DNA from: an uncultured Planctomycetia bacterium
GTDB taxonomy: Bacteria; Planctomycetota; SZUA-567; H5-PLA8
Direction: 5' to 3'
Assembly: GCA_964429255.1 (NCBI GenBank)
Contig: CAYSBP010000004.1
Location: forward strand, 1-42,969
Length of the DNA stretch: 42,969 bases
Shown: positions 1 through 9,074 of the stretch, piece by piece
How positions within the stretch are numbered: the stretch's first letter is position 1
Layout: the number at the start of each line of letters is the position of its first letter
Program-made: the position numbers and the translations under genes
Notes under the pieces: generated by a model
The model's input: only the letters and a program-made list of their open reading frames with translations
Told to the model about the DNA's origin: nothing
The model's database searches: none

Positions 1-164
1 GTCTCCACCCCATCGGATCGACCGATGGCCAGATGGAACGCTGCAGCGAATTGCCCTATGTGCAAGACCCGCTGGCAGGCATAGTGACGCCACACTTTTG
101 GTGGTAGGCGAGTCGGAATGACCCGTTTATGCCACTCAACCTTCAGGCGAAAGCGCACTTCGAG

Positions 165-190
165 CTTGTAACCATAGACTAGTTAACAAG
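165..190 (+). promoter_or_regulatory. Imperfect inverted repeat CTTGTAAC-N9-GTTAACAAG about 105 nt upstream of groES; candidate heat-shock operator
   Basis: Read directly: left arm 165-172, 9-nt spacer, right arm 182-190 (one extra T in the right arm), inside a locally AT-rich patch. The arm/spacer geometry is CIRCE-like and the CTTG...CAAG ends are HAIR-like, but it matches neither consensus. No canonical CIRCE seen in 1-296. Confidence 0.3.
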
Positions 191-296
191 ATAAATGTGA
201 AATGGATCTTGGCCTTGAGGTTGCTATCTTCAAGCACACGACAGTTTTGTAGATGGAGTTGTTCACGCAAGGTGCAGAACTTTGAGGGTAAGAGAC

Positions 297-590
297 ATGG
301 CCAACATTGCGCCGTTGGGAGACAAGGTTTTGGTGAAGCGGTTGGAAGCCGAAGAGAAGACTGCGGGCGGCATCGTTCTTCCGGATACCGCCAAAGAGAA
401 GCCCAAGGAAGGCAAGATTATTGCGCTTGGTTCTGGCAAACTGTTGGAGGATGGCAAGCGCGGTATGTTCCAGGTCAAGAAGGGCGACCGGGTTCTTTTC
501 ACCTCCTATGCGGGCACTGAGGTGAAGGTGGATGGCGAAGAGTACATTCTGATGTCGGAAGAGGACATCCTGGCCATCGTCAAGAGTTGA
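297..590 (+). CDS. groES: Co-chaperonin GroES (Cpn10)
   Basis: ATG at 297 preceded by GAGGG (284-288); the ORF track starts at an upstream TTG (282). Sequence [40 protein letters not shown] is a typical Cpn10 N-terminus and mobile loop. Lies directly upstream of groEL. Confidence 0.95.
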   Translation: MANIAPLGDKVLVKRLEAEEKTAGGIVLPDTAKEKPKEGKIIALGSGKLLEDGKRGMFQVKKGDRVLFTSYAGTEVKVDGEEYILMSEEDILAIVKS

Positions 591-681
591 GTGCGGCGCC
601 GGTTAAGCCGGTACTGCGGACGTCTTGTCGTCCTGAAGAACGACGAAACGAAGAGCAACGATAAAGGAAGGAGTTGTAGCC

Positions 682-2307
682 ATGGCCGTGAAGAAAATGG
701 CATTTGACCAGGACGCCCGCGAGGCGCTTCGAGGCGGCGTTCGGACGCTGGCCAAGGCTTTGAAAGTGACGCTCGGCCCGCGCGGTCGCTGCGTGATCAT
801 CGAGAAGTCCTTCGGTTCCCCGACCGTCGCCAATGACGGCGTCACCGTGGCCAAGGAGATCGAATTGGACGACAAGTTCGCCGACATGGGCGCCAAGCTC
901 GTCCGCGAAGTCGCCTCCAAGACCAACGATATGGTTGGCGACGGAACGACGACCAGTGTGGTGCTGGCCGAAGCGCTGCTCGAAGAAGGCATGAAGAACG
1001 TGACGGCCGGCGCCAATCCGGTGGCCATCAAGAATGGCATCGAGAAGACGGTCGAAGCGGTCTGCAAAGAGCTCACCAAGATGGCCAAGCCGGTGAATGG
1101 CCGCAAGGACATTGCCAAGGTGGCCGCGATTGCCGCGAACAACGACGACGAAATCGGCGAGAAGATTGCTGAGGCGATGGACAAGGTCGGCAAGGACGGC
1201 GTCATCACGGTTGAGGAAGGCAAGGGCATTGAGACCGAGCTGGAACTGGTCGAAGGCATGCAGTTCGACCGTGGATTCCTCTCCCCGCACTTCGTCACGA
1301 ACCCGGCGGACATGGAAGTAGTCCTCGAGAATGCCTACGTTCTGATCTACGAGAAGAAGTTCACCTCGGTCAAGGACCTGGTCCCGCTCCTCGAGAAGAT
1401 TGCGCAGAGCGGCAAGCCGTTGCTGATCATTGCCGAGGAGATTGAAGGCGAAGCGTTGGCGACGCTGGTCGTGAACAAGCTGCGTGGCACGCTGCACTGC
1501 TGCGCGGTCAAGGCTCCGGGCTACGGCGACCGCCGCAAGGCCATGCTCCAGGACATCGCAATCCTGACCGGCGGCAAGGCAATCACGGAAGACCTCGGCA
1601 TCGGTTTGGACAGCATTAAGGTCGAGGACCTGGGTCGCTGCAAGAAGATCACCTGCGACAAAGACAACACCACGCTGGTGGAAGGCGCGGGCGACAGCAA
1701 GGACATCCAGGGCCGCATCAGTCAGATCAAGAAGGAAATCGAAGCCACCACGAGCGACTACGACCGCGAGAAGCTCCAGGAACGCCTGGCCAAGCTGGCG
1801 GGTGGCGTGGCGCTGGTCAAGGTCGGCGCGGCGACGGAGAGCGAGATGAAGGAGCGCAAGCTCCGCGTTGAAGACGCACTCAACGCGGCCCGCGCGGCCG
1901 TCGAGGAAGGCATTCTGCCGGGCGGCGGTAGTGCGCTGATCCGCGCCGGTCAGGCGATCGAAGGCCTGAAACTCAGGGGCGACGAGAACATCGGCAAGGA
2001 GATCGTGCTACACGCGCTGCAGGCGCCGTGCCGCCAGATCGCCGAGAATGCCGGCCACGAGGGCGCGGTTGTTGTTCGAACGATTGCCGAAAACAAGGAC
2101 GTCAACTTTGGCTTCAATGCGCTGACCGAGGAGTTTGGTGACCTGGTGAAGGACGGCGTCTTCGACCCGGCCAAGGTCGTGAAGGCCGGGTTGAGCAATG
2201 CGGCATCGATTGCGTCGTTGTTGCTGACCACGGATGCCGTGATTGCTGATGCGCCAAAGGACGAGAAGAAGGGCTGTGCGAACGGCGCATGCGGTTGTGG
2301 GCACTAA
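682..2307 (+). CDS. groEL: Chaperonin GroEL (Cpn60), with an atypical Cys/His C-terminal tail
   Basis: 541 aa. Hallmark motifs are present: [47 protein letters not shown]. Strong RBS AAGGAAGGAG upstream. The tail ends [11 protein letters not shown] instead of GGM repeats. Confidence 0.97.
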   Translation: MAVKKMAFDQDAREALRGGVRTLAKALKVTLGPRGRCVIIEKSFGSPTVANDGVTVAKEIELDDKFADMGAKLVREVASKTNDMVGDGTTTSVVLAEALLEEGMKNVTAGANPVAIKNGIEKTVEAVCKELTKMAKPVNGRKDIAKVAAIAANNDDEIGEKIAEAMDKVGKDGVITVEEGKGIETELELVEGMQFDRGFLSPHFVTNPADMEVVLENAYVLIYEKKFTSVKDLVPLLEKIAQSGKPLLIIAEEIEGEALATLVVNKLRGTLHCCAVKAPGYGDRRKAMLQDIAILTGGKAITEDLGIGLDSIKVEDLGRCKKITCDKDNTTLVEGAGDSKDIQGRISQIKKEIEATTSDYDREKLQERLAKLAGGVALVKVGAATESEMKERKLRVEDALNAARAAVEEGILPGGGSALIRAGQAIEGLKLRGDENIGKEIVLHALQAPCRQIAENAGHEGAVVVRTIAENKDVNFGFNALTEEFGDLVKDGVFDPAKVVKAGLSNAASIASLLLTTDAVIADAPKDEKKGCANGACGCGH

Positions 2308-2404
2308 GGGCTTCTGACGCAAGAGGATACTCTTGCCATCGATGTGAACGCGTGGGCCGAGGAACGTGCCGTCTTCCGTTTTGAAGACCGCCTTCGTCGG
2401 CCCC

Positions 2405-2466
2405 GCGGACGCATCGGGTAGTTTGAGCGCGCCGCCGCGATGGTACGTCCCCGCTTGATTTTTTTT
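2405..2466 (+). terminator. Probable intrinsic terminator after groEL (irregular GC hairpin followed by a T8 run)
   Basis: GCGGACGCATCG (2405-2416) can pair with CGATG...CGTCC..CGC (2438-2454), with bulges, followed by TTGATTTTTTTT (2455-2466). Pairing judged by eye only. Confidence 0.45.
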
Positions 2467-2604
2467 AGCACGGGCCTGTACCAGCAGGCTATACCTTCGA
2501 AAATGGAGAACCCGAGTCGTTGCTTGAACTACTTTTAGCCTCTTAACATATTCGTAGTTGTGATTGGTGTAGAGGCGCGTAAAGCATGCGCCTTGGAGGG
2601 CGCC

Positions 2605-4224
2605 ATGCCTAGCGAACCCACCCCAGGGTACCATACCCAGTTTCAGTTAGGACCGGACCCAACGACCTATCGCCGACTTTCTGCCGAGCATGTGGACGTT
2701 CACCAGTATTGCGGGCAGGACCTTCTGCATGTGGACGGCGCCGGGCTTGAACGGCTCGCGAAGACCGCCTTCACGGACGTGGCGTTCTATTTCAGGACTA
2801 CACACCTCGAACAGCTCGCGGCCATCCTGGATGATCCCGAAGCCTCGGACAACGACCGCTTCGTTGCGGCCACGCTCCTGAAGAACGCCGCCATCAGCGC
2901 CGAAGGCGTGCTGCCTGCGTGTCAGGACACCGGCACGGCGATCGTGCTGGGCTGGCGCGGGCATCGCGTGCTGACGGACGGTGCGGACGAGGCAGCGATC
3001 GAGCGAGGCATCAAGGCCGCGTACGGCGAGAACCATCTCCGCTACTCGCAGGTTGCGCCGGTCGGTCTCTTCAAAGACGTGAACACGGGCACCAATCTGC
3101 CGGCGCAGATCGATCTCGAGGCGGGCTCTGGAGAGAGCTACGAGTTCCTCTTCCTGGCCAAGGGCGGCGGTTCGTCGAACAAGACGTTCCTCTTCTCCGA
3201 GACGCCCGCCGTGCTGACGCCGCACAACCTCCGCGAGTTCCTGAAGGCGAACCTCACGAAACTGGGCGTCAGCGCCTGCCCGCCCTATCACCTGGCCGTC
3301 GTGATCGGCGGAACGTCGCCCGAGAAGAACCTGAAGACGCTCAAGCTCGCCTCGGCCGGCTGGTTGGACACGCTGCCGACCAGCGGCGACGGGCACGGGC
3401 GTGCCTTCCGCGATCCGGAGTGGGAATCCGAGGTCATGGAGATCACCCGCGAGATGGGCTTCGGGGCGCAGTTTGGCGGCAAGTGGTTCGCGCTGGACGC
3501 ACGCGTGGTCCGCCTGTCACGCCATGCCGCGTCCTGCTTCATCGGGATCGGCGTAAGCTGCAGCGCACACCGGAACATCCGCGGCCGGATCGACCGCCAC
3601 GGCATTCACATCGAGGAATTGGATCGGAACCCGCAGCGTTTCGCGGCGAAGCTGGGCGTCCTCGAGAAGGGCACCTCCGTCGAGGTGAACCTCGACCGTC
3701 CGATGGCCGAGATCCGCGCGGAACTCTCCCGGCATTCCGTCGGCACGCGGCTAAGCCTTACCGGAACGCTGATCGTCGCGCGCGATGCCGCGCATGCGCG
3801 CATCCAACAACTGCTCGATACCGGCCAACCGATGCCCGACTACTTCACCCGCCACCCGATCTACTACGCCGGCCCGGCCAAGACACCGCCGGGCATGGCC
3901 TCGGGCAGTTTCGGGCCGACGACGGCGCAGCGCATGGATACGTACGTGGAGGCGTTCATGTCGCGCGGCGCATCGCTGGTCACGCTGGCGAAGGGCAACC
4001 GCGCCGAGCACATCACCGACTCGTGCCGCAAGCACGGCGGCTTCTATCTGGGCACCATCGGTGGCGCTGCGGCCCTGGTCGCCCAGCACATTTCCGCATC
4101 GGAGATCGTCGCCTTCGAGGAGATGGGTATGGAGGCGGTACGCCGCATCAGGGTGAGATCGCTGCCCGCGTTCATTCTCTGCGACGACAAAGGTAACAAC
4201 CTCTACCGTTTTCCGGCAGAGTAG
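2605..4224 (+). CDS. fumA: Class I (Fe-S, FumA/FumB-type) fumarate hydratase
   Basis: Collinear with E. coli FumA as I recall it: VLPACQDTGTAIV, NLRYSQVAP, NTGTNLPAQIDL, AKGGGSSNKT, CPPYHLAVVIGGTSPE, GAQFGGKWFA, HPIYYAGPAKTP, GFYLGTIGG. ATG at 2605 follows GGAGGG; the ORF track starts at 2560. Confidence 0.93.
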   Translation: MPSEPTPGYHTQFQLGPDPTTYRRLSAEHVDVHQYCGQDLLHVDGAGLERLAKTAFTDVAFYFRTTHLEQLAAILDDPEASDNDRFVAATLLKNAAISAEGVLPACQDTGTAIVLGWRGHRVLTDGADEAAIERGIKAAYGENHLRYSQVAPVGLFKDVNTGTNLPAQIDLEAGSGESYEFLFLAKGGGSSNKTFLFSETPAVLTPHNLREFLKANLTKLGVSACPPYHLAVVIGGTSPEKNLKTLKLASAGWLDTLPTSGDGHGRAFRDPEWESEVMEITREMGFGAQFGGKWFALDARVVRLSRHAASCFIGIGVSCSAHRNIRGRIDRHGIHIEELDRNPQRFAAKLGVLEKGTSVEVNLDRPMAEIRAELSRHSVGTRLSLTGTLIVARDAAHARIQQLLDTGQPMPDYFTRHPIYYAGPAKTPPGMASGSFGPTTAQRMDTYVEAFMSRGASLVTLAKGNRAEHITDSCRKHGGFYLGTIGGAAALVAQHISASEIVAFEEMGMEAVRRIRVRSLPAFILCDDKGNNLYRFPAE

Positions 4225-4406
4225 GTAGGCTGTGGGGTCGCCTGCTGGTCATCACCAGTGAAAGGTTGACATTCGGACCGCCTTTGGGTTAGGCTTCCGT
4301 TTCTTCACTGGAAGTCTCTAACCGGATGCAACGGAGGGGCGGTTGGGAAGGCCGGTTTGCGAGGTCAGGCCGGGGACTGAAGGGTCTGTCGTTTGAGGCT
4401 GTGAAC

Positions 4407-6542
4407 ATGGAACGAACCGCTCGATCGACGCGCCGCTTGAAGCGGCCCCAAAGCCGTCTGAAAACCTGGCGTGCGCGGCTGCACGAAGTCCTTTCGGGCG
4501 TCCCGGGTTACCGCGCCTTGTCGATCTCTTCAGGAACGACCTCCGTTCCCGCCGCGGCCGTCGATCCATTGCTGGTCGAACCACCCGTCCACAAGCGGCC
4601 GTTCGTCCACGCGTTCGACCTCCACATTGCCGAGCCATCCATTGAGAACGGCATGCGCCGCGCCGCCGAGTGGCTTCTGCGCGATCAGAAGCCCGACGGT
4701 TACTGGGTCGCGGAACTGGAAGCCGACACGACGCTGGAAAGCTACTTCATCCTCTTCAAGGCCTTCTTCGGCCAGCGCGACCACCCGAAGATCCCGAAGT
4801 ACGCGAAGGTGCTCCGCGAAGCGATGCTCCCCGACGGCGGCTGGAACATCTATTACCGTGGCCCGGCGGAGATATCCATTTCGGTCCTGAGCTACTTTGC
4901 CTTGAAGATCGCGGGCGTGTCGGCCGACGAACCGGATATGCGGCGCACGCGCGACACGATCCTGAAGTTGGGCGGCGCGACCAAGGCCAACACGTACACG
5001 AAGTTCCACCTGGCCTTCTTCGACCAGTATGACTGGGCGCACGTGCCGGCGATTCCGCCGGAGATAATCTTCCTGCCGGCGGTGGCGCCGATCAACATCT
5101 ACGACATGTCCTCGTGGTCGCGGACGATCTTCGTGCCGCTCTCCATCATCTACGCACTGAAGCCGACGTGCCCGCTGCCCAAGGAATGCCACGTCGACGA
5201 ACTCTTCATTGGCGGCCGTGAACACGCCGACTTGGCGCTGGCCCGCACCCGGCAGCCATTCAGCTGGCGGAACTTCTTTCTGCTAACCGACCGCGCGCTG
5301 AAGATTGCCGAGAAGTTCCCGATCCAGACCGCTCGCAAGATCGCGATCAAGAAGGCCGAAGAGTGGATGGTCCAGCGGTTCGAGGCCTCCGGTGGACTGG
5401 GCGCCATCCTGCCGGCCATGATGAACAGCGTCTTTGCCCTGAAATGCCTCGGCTACGCGGACGATCACCCGCTGGTGCGCGAAGGCATCCGCGAATTGGA
5501 TGCGCTCGAACTCCATCGGCCCGACAACGATTCGATCGAAGTCCAGCCCTGCCACTCGCCCGTCTGGGACACCGCCATCAGCGTTTACTCGCTGGCTCAG
5601 TGCGGCTACCGGCAGGAGACGCCGCACGTTCAGCGGGCGGTCGACTGGTTGCTTTCCAAGGAAGTCCGGCGCGCCGGCGACTGGCAGGTCAAGAACCCTT
5701 CACCGCCTAGCGGCTGGTTCTTTGAGTACGAGAACGAATTCTACCCGGACGTCGACGACACGATCATGGTGATGATGGCACTGCGCAACGTCTCGCCGCG
5801 CGGCGAGTCGAAGGTGATCGACGCGGCCATCGAGCGCGCGCTCTTCTGGGTGCTCGGCATGCAGTGCGAAGACGGGGGCTGGGCGAGTTTCGACCGCGAC
5901 AACGCCAAGTCGTTCCTGACCAAGGTACCTTTCGCCGACCACAACGCGATGATCGACCCAAGCACCGCGGACATTACCAGCCGCACATTCGAAATGCTCG
6001 CCTTTATCGCGCCCGAGGTCTTCACGCTGCACCACCCGGTCGTTCGCCGCGGGCTCGAGTTTATCAAGAAGGACCAGTGTCGCGACGGTTCCTGGTTCGG
6101 ACGCTGGGGCGTGAACTACATGTACGGAACGTGGCAAGTCCTCCGCGGTCTGCGCCTGATCGGCGAAGACCTGTCGAAAGGTTACGTTCGCAAAGGCGTC
6201 GAGTGGTTCAAGTCCGTGCAGCTCGAGGACGGCGGATGGGGCGAGCGCGCCGACACCTACGATGATCCATCGCGCAAAGGCCTGGGGCCGTCGACGCCAT
6301 CGCAGACGTCCTGGGCCGTCATGGGGCTGCTGGCCGCCGGGCAGGGCGACAGCATCGCCGTGCGTCGCGGCATCAAGTACCTGCTCGACCGCCAGCGTCC
6401 GGACGGAACGTGGGACGAGGATGAGTGGACCGGCACCGGTTTCCCGAAGGTTTTCTACCTGAAGTATCACTATTACCGTCACTACTGGCCGCAGATGGCG
6501 CTGGCCCAGTGCCTCCGCTACCTCCGCGGCTACCGGCCGTAA
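4407..6542 (+). CDS. shc: Squalene-hopene cyclase
   Basis: Catalytic DxDD motif (PDVDDTIMV). Repeated QW-type motifs (QxxDGGW/DGSW: QCEDGGWASF, QCRDGSWFGRWG, QLEDGGWGE, QRPDGTWDE). N-terminal LLRDQKPDGYW. Start is uncertain: the ORF opens at 4326 and ATG 4407 has a GAGG 8 nt upstream. The first SHC-like residues begin near 4640, so about 80-100 aa of basic N-terminal extension may not be translated. Confidence 0.9.
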   Translation: MERTARSTRRLKRPQSRLKTWRARLHEVLSGVPGYRALSISSGTTSVPAAAVDPLLVEPPVHKRPFVHAFDLHIAEPSIENGMRRAAEWLLRDQKPDGYWVAELEADTTLESYFILFKAFFGQRDHPKIPKYAKVLREAMLPDGGWNIYYRGPAEISISVLSYFALKIAGVSADEPDMRRTRDTILKLGGATKANTYTKFHLAFFDQYDWAHVPAIPPEIIFLPAVAPINIYDMSSWSRTIFVPLSIIYALKPTCPLPKECHVDELFIGGREHADLALARTRQPFSWRNFFLLTDRALKIAEKFPIQTARKIAIKKAEEWMVQRFEASGGLGAILPAMMNSVFALKCLGYADDHPLVREGIRELDALELHRPDNDSIEVQPCHSPVWDTAISVYSLAQCGYRQETPHVQRAVDWLLSKEVRRAGDWQVKNPSPPSGWFFEYENEFYPDVDDTIMVMMALRNVSPRGESKVIDAAIERALFWVLGMQCEDGGWASFDRDNAKSFLTKVPFADHNAMIDPSTADITSRTFEMLAFIAPEVFTLHHPVVRRGLEFIKKDQCRDGSWFGRWGVNYMYGTWQVLRGLRLIGEDLSKGYVRKGVEWFKSVQLEDGGWGERADTYDDPSRKGLGPSTPSQTSWAVMGLLAAGQGDSIAVRRGIKYLLDRQRPDGTWDEDEWTGTGFPKVFYLKYHYYRHYWPQMALAQCLRYLRGYRP

Positions 6543-6647
6543 TCCCAGGGCTTTTCGATTCTCCCTCCGGTCGCCCATCGCAAATCGGCAATCGCAAGAT
6601 CCCCCGGCTTTATGGATAATGCGGGAGGTGCAGCCGCTACGTCCTAA

Positions 6648-6717
6648 CAGCCCGTTGAAAATGGGGCTGTTATTCCCCCCTCTCCCCGCCGTGGGAGAGG
6701 GGTTTTTCAACGGGCTG
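6648..6717 (+). terminator. Nested hairpin between shc and hemB: inner terminator-like stem plus T5, enclosed by a perfect 14-bp outer inverted repeat
   Basis: Inner stem CCCCTCTCCC (6677-6686) pairs with GGGAGAGGGG (6693-6702), followed by TTTTT. Outer arms CAGCCCGTTGAAAA (6648-6661) and TTTTCAACGGGCTG (6704-6717) are exact reverse complements. Confidence 0.55.
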
Positions 6718-6740
6718 CTAACGGAGGCAAGAGAGCCGAC

Positions 6741-7829
6741 ATGGGATTTCCCGTACACCGTCTGCGTCGCCTGCGCCGGTCCGAAGGCGTCCGCCGTCTG
6801 GTCCGCGAGACGCATCTTTCGGTGGGTGACCTGATCGCGCCGTTGTTTCTGTGCGACGGCGAGAACCAGCGGCAGGAGATTCACGCGATGCCGGGCGTCT
6901 TCCGCTACTCGGTCGACGCGGCCGTGGAAGAGGCGCGGTTGCTGCAGCAGTTGAACGTGCCGGCGCTGCTGCTCTTCGGCGTCCCGCTGGATGAGCACAA
7001 GGATCCTACCGGCAAGGAAGCCTGGGCCACGGAAGGCCTGGTCCAGTGCGCTTTGCGTGCGATTCGCGAGGTGGTGCCCGGGATGGTGTTGATCGCCGAC
7101 ACCTGTTTCTGCGAGTACACGGATCACGGTCACTGCGGTGTGCTCAATGCCGGCAAGGAAGTGATGAACGACCGCACGCTGGAGAACCTGGCGCACACCG
7201 CCGTTTCGCAGGCGCGTGCGGGGGCGGACCTTGTCGCGCCGTCGGCGATGATGGATGGGCAGGTCTCGGCCATCCGCAAGATGCTCGACACGCAAGGCTT
7301 CGAACACGTGGCGATCATGTCCTACGCGGCCAAGTACGCGTCGGCCTTTTACGGTCCCTTTCGCGAGGCGGCGCATTCGACGCCCTCCTTCGGCGACCGT
7401 CGCCAATACCAGATGGACTACCACAACCAGCGTGAGGCTATCCGCGAGGTCCAACTTGACGAGGAAGAAGGCGCGGACATCATCATGGTCAAGCCGGCCC
7501 TGGCCTACATGGACGTGATCAAGGCGGCGCGCGAAGCGGCCAACACACCGATTGCGGCCTTCAACGTCTCGGGCGAGTACTCCATGGTGAAGGCCGCCGC
7601 CCGTAACGGCTGGATTGACGAGAAGGCCGTGGCGCTGGAGATCGTTACCGGTTTCAAACGTGCGGGCGCCGACCTGGTGATCACGTATTGGGCCAAGGAT
7701 CTCGCCCGTTGGCTTCATCCCACGCCGGTGGAGACGGTCCAACCCGGTGCCGCTCCGACCAAGTCGTCGGGGCAGACCGCCCTGGGCCGCCGGAAGACCA
7801 TCCGCGTCGAAGGCGATAAGCCACACTGA
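6741..7829 (+). CDS. hemB: Porphobilinogen synthase (delta-aminolevulinate dehydratase), Zn-type
   Basis: N-terminus HRLRRLRRSEGVRRLVRET. Cys-rich Zn site DTCFCEYTDHGHCG. Active-site regions MSYAAKYASAFYGPFREA and IMVKPALAYMDV. Carries a C-terminal extension of about 35 aa. Confidence 0.93.
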   Translation: MGFPVHRLRRLRRSEGVRRLVRETHLSVGDLIAPLFLCDGENQRQEIHAMPGVFRYSVDAAVEEARLLQQLNVPALLLFGVPLDEHKDPTGKEAWATEGLVQCALRAIREVVPGMVLIADTCFCEYTDHGHCGVLNAGKEVMNDRTLENLAHTAVSQARAGADLVAPSAMMDGQVSAIRKMLDTQGFEHVAIMSYAAKYASAFYGPFREAAHSTPSFGDRRQYQMDYHNQREAIREVQLDEEEGADIIMVKPALAYMDVIKAAREAANTPIAAFNVSGEYSMVKAAARNGWIDEKAVALEIVTGFKRAGADLVITYWAKDLARWLHPTPVETVQPGAAPTKSSGQTALGRRKTIRVEGDKPH

Positions 7830-7904
7830 TGTGGCGCAGGTGCCGCCCAAAATAGGCGAGCGCCTTCGCCACATAAGGGAGTTGGCGCAGCCGCGGGAAC
7901 CAGC

Positions 7905-8762
7905 ATGCCCCCTCTGACCACACCGATCGAAGTCACCTCCCCGGAAACCCGCGCCAAGCAGGTCAGACTTAAGGAGATTCTCCGCGGGTATGGGCGATTG
8001 ATGGTCGCCTTTTCAGGCGGCGTGGATTCGGCCTTCCTGGCGGTCGTTGCGCACCGGGTACTCGGGAACGACATGTGGGCGGTCACCGCCGAGTCGGAGT
8101 CGCTCGCGCCGGAGGAACTCGTCGAGGCCCGTGAACTCGCGAAGCGATTTGGTTTCGCGCACGAAGTTGTGCGTACCGACGAACTGAAGGATCCACGTTA
8201 CCAGGCCAACACGCAGGACCGCTGCTATTATTGCAAGACCGCCCTGATGGACCGGGTGGCGGTCCTGGCTCGGGAGCGCGGCGCGCCCGTGGCGCTGGGC
8301 GCAAACGTTGACGATCTGCGTGACCACCGGCCGGGTGAAAAGGCGGCGCGCGAACGCGGCGCGGTCTTCCCGCTGCGCGAGGCCGGATTGACCAAGGCGG
8401 AGATCCGTTCCCTGTCGGCGGAATGGGGCCTGCCGACGGCCGACAAGCCGGCCGCGGCGTGTTTGGCCAGTCGCATTCCATTCGGCGATCTGGTGACGGC
8501 CGAGAAGCTGCGTCAAGTGGCGCAGGCCGAAGCGTTTCTGCATCGGGCGGGCTTCCCCGAATGCCGCGTGAGACACCACGGCCCCGTGGCGCGCCTGGAG
8601 GTCCCCACGGTTCGTCTTGCCGACGTCCTGGCGGCCCGCGAAGCGCTGGTGCCGGAACTCAAGAAATGCGGTTTCATCTATATCGCGCTGGACCTGCAGG
8701 GTCTCCGTTCCGGCTCGCTGCACGAGGCTGTTAAACCGGATGTACCCTCGAAACCAGGGTGA
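7905..8762 (+). CDS. larE: LarE-like PP-loop ATP pyrophosphatase (TIGR00268-type sulfur transferase family)
   Basis: PP-loop VAFSGGVDSAF. Collinear with Lactobacillus LarE as I recall it (DxxRPGxKA, ACLASRIPFG, RVRHHGxxARLE). Has an additional CYYC pair. No larB or larC in the window. Confidence 0.7.
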   Translation: MPPLTTPIEVTSPETRAKQVRLKEILRGYGRLMVAFSGGVDSAFLAVVAHRVLGNDMWAVTAESESLAPEELVEARELAKRFGFAHEVVRTDELKDPRYQANTQDRCYYCKTALMDRVAVLARERGAPVALGANVDDLRDHRPGEKAARERGAVFPLREAGLTKAEIRSLSAEWGLPTADKPAAACLASRIPFGDLVTAEKLRQVAQAEAFLHRAGFPECRVRHHGPVARLEVPTVRLADVLAAREALVPELKKCGFIYIALDLQGLRSGSLHEAVKPDVPSKPG

Positions 8763-9074
8763 GGGTGGTCGGAACCGGTGAATCGGTCGGGGAGCTCAGA
8801 GCAGTTGGCTGCCCCGAGCCCCACTTGCGGCGCCTGATGTGCAGACCACCCGGGCCGAAAACGCCATCGTCGGTGCTTCCTTCGCCAGACCGTCCGTCAC
8901 GTCATCTCTTTCCCAGGCTTCACTTGGCGACCCACGCGCAATCCGAGAGCCGAACACCACCGGGCTTCACCGATTCCACCATTGGCTGCTTTACAGGCTC
9001 CCTTCTATTGGCTAACCTCGATCTAGCTGACCCGTTGTGAGCATTCGCGAACGGTTAGCAGGGAGCGTGTCATC

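Noticed and set aside
2919-4196. 425-aa plus-strand ORF in an alternative frame
   Set aside because: Same strand as, but out of frame with, the class I fumarate hydratase, whose frame matches FumA end to end. The alternative frame is an Arg/Gly/Pro-rich artefact.
5700-7874. 724-aa minus-strand ORF, the longest non-annotated ORF in the track
   Set aside because: It lies entirely antisense to the strongly recognisable shc and hemB genes. Its translation is Arg/Gly/Ala/Val-rich low complexity with no motif. This is the typical shadow ORF of GC-rich DNA.
8786-8817. tRNA-like D-arm-looking string (GAGCTCAGAGCAGTTGG) and weak hairpin after larE
   Set aside because: There is no acceptor stem, anticodon arm or T-loop (GTTCRANYC) nearby. 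The hairpin is only about 6 bp with a 19-nt loop and no U-tract, so it is neither a tRNA nor a convincing terminator.
8759-9040. 93-aa ORF filling the larE-speB spacer
   Set aside because: It starts on a non-ATG codon that overlaps the larE stop codon (8760-8762). It is Pro/Ser/Arg-rich with no RBS and no motif. The 312-nt spacer remains unexplained, but I saw no riboswitch-like conserved structure I could name.
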